64,000 bases of DNA, taken from contig OZ024741.1 in the NCBI GenBank assembly GCA_964016885.1, forward strand, positions 310,001-374,000. Direction: 5' to 3'. The notes beneath the pieces are model-generated. The model worked only from the letters and a program-made list of their open reading frames with translations. It ran no database searches and was not told the DNA's origin. Positions within the stretch are counted from its first letter, which is position 1; every line of letters starts with the position of its first letter. Both the position numbers and the translations under genes were made by a program. The DNA is from Eledone cirrhosa. Lineage: Eukaryota. Positions 55,592 through 64,000 of the stretch are shown here, piece after piece.

Positions 55592-56655
55592 TAAAAAGTG
55601 AGGTTTTTTTTTACAAAATGAAAAATAACCGAGGTGTCCTACACGAGTGAAAGTATAAAGAAAAAAAGATGAAATCGAAAATGCAACTGGAGTCTTATTT
55701 TTAAAAAAATATATATATTTATTTGATTCCTTTCCCGGTTTCGCAGTTCTTCTGCTTTTCAAAAGTATAGTTGAGATGGAGGGTCTGTGGTTTTTCTCAC
55801 ATCTGGTTGGTCTCTGAACGTTACTTGTTTTATATGGAAAAAGTGGCTCGAAATGCCAGGTTTTTCGAGAAGTAATTTGATTGGTTGGTCAATAATTATA
55901 ATAATTTTGCGCCAGTTCGCGTTACAAAGTTCTTCAAACAAGGGGGGGGGGAGGTGTCACAGGTTGTTTTTTCATATATGAGTGTTAGAATTTCTTTTTA
56001 CTTAAAAAAAAGGGGGCTCACGAAGGCTTTTTTTTTAATAAACGTAATTTGATTGGTTATAAATGAAATTATGGCTGTCACGTGAACAAGTTTTCATTAA
56101 ATTTTCACACCCTTATTTGTAAATCCATTCTGTAGCCTTTTTAGAGAATTTTATGACAAGTAAAAGATAATGTGTGTATTGGAAGATGATTCTATTAGTA
56201 GAAATGCGGGTGGGGGTTATTATATGTGTGTATGGGTGTTATGTGTGGGAGTATGGTTAGCATGTTAAGATGAAGAGAATATATATATATTGTGTGTGTG
56301 TGTAGGAAAATGATTCCTTTAGTAGGAATATTTTTGAATGAACATATTTTCCTTACTTATTCGTATTTGTTCTGTTGTATTGTCAGTGCAAACGTATGTT
56401 ATGGTTTATTTAGTTTGGGTTTTTATTTTCTAAAGTAGAAGGTGTTATGTGTATATGTGTCTGTTTGGATGGTTAGCATATTATGGTGTTGACATAATGT
56501 ATATTAAACCATATTTAATGCTGGTCTATATTTTTGAATAAACATATTTTCCTTATTTATTCGTATTTGTTCTGTTGTATTGTTAGCGCAAAGGTAAAAT
56601 GGGAAGACTTGGAATTTGGGTGTCTTATTACTTGTGCATGTATATATATGTATAT

Positions 56656-56690
<35 letters not shown>

Positions 56691-57589
56691 GTATATTATA
56701 TATATATATATATATGTATATATATGTATATTATATATATATGTATATATATGTATATTATATATATATGTATATATATGTATATAATATATATATGTAT
56801 ATATATGTATATAATATATATATATGTATATAATATATATATATATGTATATATATGTATATAATATATATATATATATATATTTATATTACAGTTATAT
56901 GCTCGTTCGATTATGGCCAAAATTTTGTGGATTTTATTTTATAACCTTCTCGCTAACTACCCTAGTTATATGCTCGTCCAATTATGGCCAAAAATTTGTG
57001 GATTTTATTCTATAAACTTCTCTCGATTTTTATTTTTATAAAATAACTTCCTCACTCGTTTAAATATGGTCGAAATTCTAGGATTTTATAAATTAACCTT
57101 CCTGCTCCCTACTATTCTCCCCCCCCCCCCATACATTGTATACATGCCTGCTGGCTCTTTCAATCCCATCCCCTCTCTCTTCAAACATAAAATAAACTGT
57201 TGTGGCGTACGAAACTCAGAATTTGTCGAACCATATTCTTGGCTACATCGCTCGCTTGCTCTTCTGTGTAATGTAATGTAACGTACGAATCCTATTTTCT
57301 CGTCTCTCCATGTTCCCTTGTCCATTCATCTATCTGTATCATATCGTCCAGAATACAACCTTTTCTTTTTCAATGCTATTCGATAATTCTGTCTGATCGT
57401 TCAAAATAATCTTCTTGTATTTTAAAATCCCATAATTCTTCCCTTATTACAGTTATATGCTCGTTCGATTATGGCCAAAATTTCGTGGATTTTATTTTAT
57501 AACCTTCTCGCTAACTAACCAAGCCCCCCCCCCCCCCCACTTACCACCATTATTATTTGGACCAATCATAAGTCAGCGGCCTATGTTAT

Positions 57590-60500
57590 CACTTAAGTTT
57601 AGACCTGGTTGCCTTTCGATATGATGGATGGACTACGGAATTCTGGAGATAAAGACAAATTCACCTCATGCTGCCGGACACTCAGTGACAATGCCAATGA
57701 CAAATTCACCTCATGCTGCCGGACGAGAATGCAAGGACTCCTCCTCTTTATTAAAGGCCGCAGACGGCTAACATAGCCCCATCTCCTTCACCCCTCCCTG
57801 CGCACTGTCCTTCCCACCCACCAAACGCAATCCAAAACTTCAGAGTTGGGACCATGAATGTAGGTTGTAGAGATGCTTTAACATAAGGAGGTTGATGTTT
57901 GCTGTATTCAAGAGACCAGGTGGAGGGGTGGGTCTGCTAGATTCATTGTGAGTAAAAAAACGATGCTATAAGCTTTTGTGGGTGGGAAATGACAATGGGC
58001 TGGGTGGAGTAGGAATCATGCTAGCAGAAAAATGGGTAGATAAGATAATAGACGTAAATAGAGTGAACGACAGAATAATTAAAATAAGACTTGTCCTCAA
58101 TAGAACTACTGTGACAATAATATCTGCGTATGCACCCCAGCCCGGACTGCCTGGCATTATAAAAGACAGATTCTATGAGTCGTTAATGCTCATTACCTCC
58201 CAAATAACCGACAGTGACTATAGAATTATTGCTAGTGACCTAAATGGTCACGTTGGACAACACTGTGACGGCTATGACGGAATCCATGGAGGCTATGGGT
58301 TTGGTACTAGAAATGAGGAAGGCTCCAGAATCCTGGAATTCTGTGACGCAAATAATCTAACTATCTGTAACACAAACTTCAAAAAACGAGACAATCACTT
58401 GATCACCTATAGATCAGGGGAACACGCCAGTCAGATAGATTATATCCTTACCTGAAGACGAGACAGAGTGCCTGTTGTAAACAGTAAATCCCTCCCCATG
58501 AAGAATGCACCTCCCAACATAGCCTCATAGTTAGCGACCTCATAGTCAGGACGAGACGTATTCGACAACAGAGGACGACTATCCTTAGGAGAAAAATATG
58601 GAAGTTAAAGGACACCACAGCCAGTAATAAATTTAAAAGCATATTACTTGATGCTTTTGACAGTAAGGAAGAGCAATTAGAGTCGTACAATATAGAGGAA
58701 CAGTGGGAATTCCTGAAAGCTAACCTGCTGAAGGCGACAGATGAAATCTGTGGCTGGAGCAGACCTATAGGCAGGGGGAGAGTAACTTGGTGGTGGAACT
58801 GTAAGGTGCAGGAGTCAATCAAGGCCAAAAAGCAGGCTTGGAAAGTATAGCGGGATGGGGGAAGTAGAGAAGACTATCAAGTGGCCAGGAGGGAAGCTAG
58901 GAGACAAGTGTACTTAGCAAGAAGGGAAGCAGAGGAAAGAAAGTTCAAGCATGTTTTACAACGCGAGGACCAAAAACGTGAGGTGTTCAGGATTGCTAGA
59001 CAATGTGTCAAGGAGAACCGTGATATTGTCGGGGAGAAGTGTGTCCGTAATGATGATGGTGTACTTGCCATCACTGACGCTGATAAGAAGGTAGCTTGGA
59101 AGTGTCACTACGAAAGGCTACTAAATGAGGGGAATAAATGGGAGAAAGACAGCCTCCCCCACATCGATCCAATAGAGGGACCAGCAGTGCAAGTTGAAGG
59201 TAGTATAATAAGTAAGGCAATCAAAGATATGAAGACGGGCAAGGCGGCTGGGCCTTCGGAAATAGTTGCAGAAATGCTGAAAGCATGTGGAACGGTGGGA
59301 CACACTATGGTCACCCGGATAGTAAACCAAGTTATACAGAATGGGGTCGTACCAAAGGACTGGCGTAGCAGCATCATCATTAACTGCTACAAGGGTAAAG
59401 GAGATGCCCTCGATAGGGGAAACTATAGAGGCATTAAATGAAGTGACCAGGTCATGAAGGCCACAGAAAAAGTAATAGCGCAACTAATCAGAGCGCGAAT
59501 TGATCTAGATGAAATGCAGTTCGGGTTTGTGTCAGGTTAAAGTACCACAGACGTTCTTTTCATTGTACGACAACTACAGGAGAAGTACCTAGCTAAAAGT
59601 AAACCCCTCTACTTAGTTTTGTAGACCTGGAGAAAGCCTTTGACAGAGTCCCCCGCTCCATTATCTGGTGGGCTCTTAGAAAACTAGGTGTAGATGAATG
59701 GCTTGTGAGAGCTATACAAGCCATGTATAAAGAAACAGTCAGCAAGGTTAGAATTAACAACGAATATAGTGAAGAGTTTAGCGTAAAAGTTGTTCATCAT
59801 GGCTCCGTCCTTAGCCCCCTCCTATTTATTATCACCCTCCAAGCTATAATAGAGGAGTTCAAGACTGGCCGCTCATGGGAACTTCTATACGGAGATGATC
59901 TAACGCTCATAGCCGGATCAATGGCGGAACTAGAGAAGAAATTCCAAACATGGAAACATGGCTTATAATCAAAAGGCCTTAAAGTTAACTTGTCTAAGAC
60001 TAAAGTCCTAATATGTAGGAAGGAGAATAGGGCACTGGTCCCATCTGGGAAATGGCCATACTCAGTGTGTAGGAAAGGAGTAGACAGAAACTCCATTTTA
60101 TGTCCCAAATGCAAAGTATGGGTGCATAAAAGATGTAGTGGGATCACAGGTAAGTTAACTAAGAATATAGATTTTATATGTGGCCGGTGCTCTGGTGCAA
60201 TAAGTAGCAGCAAATGCCCACAGAATACTAGCCCATTCCATTGCCCAGATGGTTCTATAGAAATAGTGGACACCTTCCGTTACCTGGGTGACAAAATCAG
60301 CAGTGGTGGAGGGTACTCTGAAAGTACAGTAGCTAGAGTCCAAACGGGATGGAAAAAGTTCAGAGAGCTTATACCACTATTGGCCGCTAAAGGTTTCTCT
60401 CTAAAAATAAAAGGCAGGCTGTATGATGCCTGCATATGAACAGTGATGTTACATGGCAGTGAGACATGGGCCTTGTGTGCAGAGGATCTAAGCAGACTGG

Positions 60501-61242
60501 AGAGGAACAAAGCTTGCATGCTCCGTTGGATGTGTAATAGTAATATACGCGAATGGCAAAGCATAAATGAACTAAGTGAGAAATTAGGAATAAGAGAGAT
60601 CAGATGCTGTTTACTCGAGAGAAGACTACGTTGGTATGGTCACGTGATGCGCATGAAAGATGACAGCTGTATAAAAAAGTGCAGGGCGATCAAAATAGAT
60701 GGTAGCTACGGAGTAGGCAGACCCAGAAAAACCTGGGACGACTTGATAAAATCCGACCTCACACACTTACACCTCTCTAAGACAATGTTACTGGACCAAG
60801 ATCTTTGGCGCTACGTAGTAATACAGAAGACCCGCCTTGCCTAAGTACAAAGCGAAACCTACAGTCAGTAGGCACCTCTTAACCAAAATACACCCCTGTC
60901 CCACTAACCCTACCCCCACCGCCATCTACACCACCCCTTTCGATGTAAAGCTATAAGCTATGTTGGTACCACAACATCCAGTCCTAAATAAATGAGGTCG
61001 TGTAGGTGTCACGACAAAAAACACACAGTCCATGCTGTAATGTGGCCGTGTAGGTAACACGGTAAAAACCTCCCAGTCCACACTGTAAACGTGGTTGGTG
61101 TTAGGAAGGGCATCCGGCCGTACAAAACTCGCCAAACAGTCCTGAGCAAGACAACCAATCTTGCCTCAAGTGGGACAATTTCCGTCCAGATCCATGCTAG
61201 CATGGAAAATGGACGTTAAACGACGATGATGATGATGATGAT
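57590..61242 (+). mobile_element. Full-length degenerate RTE LINE (APE, RT, PHD-like finger)
   Basis: Collinear broken ORFs at 57690-60844 with EN motifs (CIQETRW, SAYAPQ, DLNGHVG, QIDYIL) and RT motifs (DLEKAFDRV, LYGDD); several stops and frameshifts; (GAT)n tail. Confidence 0.95.
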
Positions 61243-61257
61243 ATATATATATATATA

Positions 61258-61721
61258 GTAATAAGCAAAGTTTTATTTAAATTGTTGGGTTACAACGAGT
61301 AAATATTTATAACTGATATAAAAGCACTCAACAAGTATTTGGAGTATATTTACGATATTAAATAAATGGAAACTATATTTATAAAACCATATTTATTTCA
61401 TTATATATATTTCAGGGATATCATATTAAAAATATGGTATGCCTTCTTCAGACAAAATACAATATAAACAGTCTTATAAATAGATAGATTTGACATACCT
61501 TACAACTTCAACTTCCATTTAAAAAGTTGATTTGGTACCAAATCAACTTTTTAAATGGAAGTTGAAGTTGTAAGGTATGTCAAATCTATCTATTTATAAG
61601 ACTGTTTATATTGTATTTTGTCTGAAGAAGGCATACCATATTTTTAATATGATATCCCTGAAATATATATAATGAAATAAATATGGTTTTATAAATATAG
61701 TTTCCATTTATTTAATATCGT
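61258..61721. mobile_element. Fold-back HHR element with perfect spacer-less palindrome (61352-61721)
   Basis: Centre ggtacc at 61534-61539; arms of about 185 bp; same family as 12351-12738. Confidence 0.85.
61614..61679 (+). ncRNA. Type I HHR (intact core); antisense twin at about 61394-61459
   Basis: tattttgt-CTGAAGA-agg…cct-GAAA-tatata-TA-atgaaata. Confidence 0.75.
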
Positions 61722-62284
61722 ATATAGTAATAAGAATATTTATATTTATATATGTTTGATATAGCTATAAATATGTAGGGTAGCACTAAGTACTAGCCGG
61801 TTACCGGTATGACAAAAGGCTCAATGCAAATTTTCAAGTGTTTTACAGAGCCGAGATACACAGTGTTAAAACGATCAAATTTTAGTTTAGAACATTTATT
61901 TGCTGACAGTTGTATCTTCCAGAGGGAAGTCTGGAATCATCGGAGCATAAGGAATGTCGAAACATGTAACTAAAATCCTAGTCATTTAGAACATTTAGGG
62001 GACATAATTGTTATTAGTGTCAAAGGCATCATGTGGAGAGTCAGGAGTTAAAAATATGTTCTGCTTGAAAGAACACAATTACAGGCAGCACTGGTTGGAA
62101 ATGTAATAGGTATAAGTAAGAAGCACAAGCAAAAAAAAACACAGGCAAAAAAGTTATAAGCAAGGAAAATCGGTGTACAATGCAGGAGTCAATACAGTCA
62201 ATAATGCATGTATGAGGAAAGAGTTATAATGCAGTTGAAATAAACATATTTTGTGTGGGCTGTTAAAGCATGTTATAAATCTAT

Positions 62285-62443
62285 TCATATAGACCACCTA
62301 ACAAATTTTGTAACCTTTATATTCTCCAGTCTAAAAATATTATTCACTCTAACCTTAGCCTACTAAATAGGAAATCAGAGATCTTCTACACGTCTCCACA
62401 TTTCCATAGATTCTCGTTCCACTACTTCAAACCTAGTAACTAA
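62285..62443 (+). pseudogene. C-terminal remnant of a Penelope-like GIY-YIG ORF
   Basis: SYRPPNKFCNLY…LLNRKSEIFYTSPH aligns with SYNGNKRPCDLC…ILNKKSEAISACKH of ORF 40565. Confidence 0.55.
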
Positions 62444-62763
62444 TAATAATAATAAAAATAAAAATAAAGACCAATGTTGGAGATAACACTAGACCACCAC
62501 CTTGTAGTTTATCCAACTAGACCTTCATGAATATAGGACTACACCTTAATTAAAAGACCACACTGACCTACATACAGTCATTAAACCCCTGTTTGATCTC
62601 TTACCTTTCACAATTAAAAGATTTAAATATAGACACTCTAATAAACTCTCAATATACAACGCCAACTAAATAGCAGACAACTGTGTATATAACTCCAATT
62701 ACTCCAGTATATATTATGCAGCTCACTATCCTGTCATAAAAAACTATCTCTACATAATCTGTA

Positions 62764-62845
<82 letters not shown>

Positions 62846-63479
62846 CCATGTGTGTGTGTGTATATATATATATACATTCTCACACATAGTATATGCATAT
62901 ATAATATAAGGTATATACATATGTAAAAACTATCTAGTTATAATAAACTAAATAATAGAATGTTTTTAACCTCCTCCACACAAGTTTAAAAGATAACAAT
63001 TATATAACCAATAATATTTTATATACTCTATAAAGATTAATTTATAACACTACCACAATATTAAAACAACCCTTAATGTATCAACAACCTTAATTACCTG
63101 CCTTTGTTATTAACCCCCTTTACAACTTCCTGTGTAAACTTGAGCAACATAATGGTTTACCAACAGCTTAATAACGGTTAATACAAACCCTAGAAAAGAT
63201 AATTTGTAGATAAAAAATGCATAAAATAATATACCTAAAATAACAACATGGCCAGTAATTCAGCGGAATTTACATTTAACAAACAAACACCTATTGACTA
63301 TAAACGACTTAAAATAATCCCATGGTTAATAGCTGTGAGTAACAAACAACACATACACATAAATACGAACTACAACACAAAAACACTTAAATGAAAACGG
63401 TTGAGAATATATAGTTTTCTCTTCTGTGTAAATGAGGTGATTAATCTACTGGAACTTATGGAGCTTCACATGCAAATGA

Positions 63480-63680
63480 GATTAATCACCTCATATCTCT
63501 CCCATTTTCATTCCAAGGAGTAGAAGTTCTGTTCTTTCAGCCTCTCCCAGTAGCTCATCTCCTTCATCGTGGCAATCCTGTTGGTGTAGCTTTGTTGCAT
63601 TGCCTCAAGCTACGTGGTTTGTTTGATAACGTACGAGTGACCACAGCTGGAAGCTGTAGTCTGGGCAGCTTAGGACAAGT
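63480..63680 (-). mobile_element. CR1-like LINE RT C-terminal relic
   Basis: Minus strand: DYSFQLWS…LEAMQQSYTNRIATMKEMSYWERLKEQNFYSLE*KWERY, matching the CR1-type 'LSYxERLxxLxLxSLExRRxR' motif. Confidence 0.7.
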
Positions 63681-63699
63681 GTTCTATGTCTATATTACC

Positions 63700-64000
63700 A
63701 ATACACTGTCCTATATCTATATTACCAGTAGACTGTCCTATATTACCAGTACGCTGTCCTATATTACCAATACACTGTCCTATATTACCAGTACGCTGTC
63801 CTATATTACCAGTTTACTGTCCTATATTACCAGTATACTGTCCTATATTACCAGTATACTGTCCTATATTACCAGTACACTGTCCTGTATTACCAGTACG
63901 CTGTCCTATATTACCAGTAGACTGTCCTATATTACCAGCACACTGTCCTATATTACCAGTAGACTTCCTATATTACCAGTACAGGGTCCTATAATACCAG
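63700..64000 (+). repeat. 21-bp minisatellite (runs off the window)
   Basis: Unit ctgtcctatattaccagtaca. Confidence 0.95.

Noticed and set aside
57655-57775. HDV-like ribozyme at the RTE 5' end (ttcacctc… ggctaac motifs)
   Set aside because: Could not pair P1, P2 or P3 by eye, and the motif lies in the reading frame. A covariance-model search would be needed.
63432-63494. 16-bp hairpin enclosing the octamer ATGCAAAT
   Set aside because: One arm is part of the CR1-like relic; most simply a small inversion at its end, with no evidence of regulatory function.

Overview
AT-rich eukaryotic (animal) genomic DNA dominated by (TA)n/(CA)n/(GA)n microsatellites and transposon debris. The repeat repertoire (RTE-clade LINEs, tRNA-derived SINEs, Penelope-like elements, non-autonomous Helitrons) resembles an octopus/cephalopod genome; that taxon call is inference. 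The only plausible host coding sequence is an orphan terminal exon at about 15476-16547. Mobile elements: one full-length degenerate RTE LINE plus many fragments (one tandemly triplicated), several GIY-YIG Penelope-like elements with inverted or tandem pLTRs, a DD37D/maT transposase relic, Tx1/L1-like and CR1-like relics, SINEs and a Helitron concatemer. The main hidden signal is non-coding. Reading by eye gives more than a dozen type I hammerhead ribozyme (HHR) motifs (stem I-CUGAnGA-stem II-GAAA-stem III, mostly palindromic-UH-stem I') from about ten unrelated families. Many sit in ORF-less fold-back or head-to-tail elements inserted into (TA)n, including a circularly permuted ~317-bp unit that fits a non-LTR retrozyme (self-cleaving circular RNA). 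Coordinates were read by eye and may be off by a few bases. No folding or database search was run.
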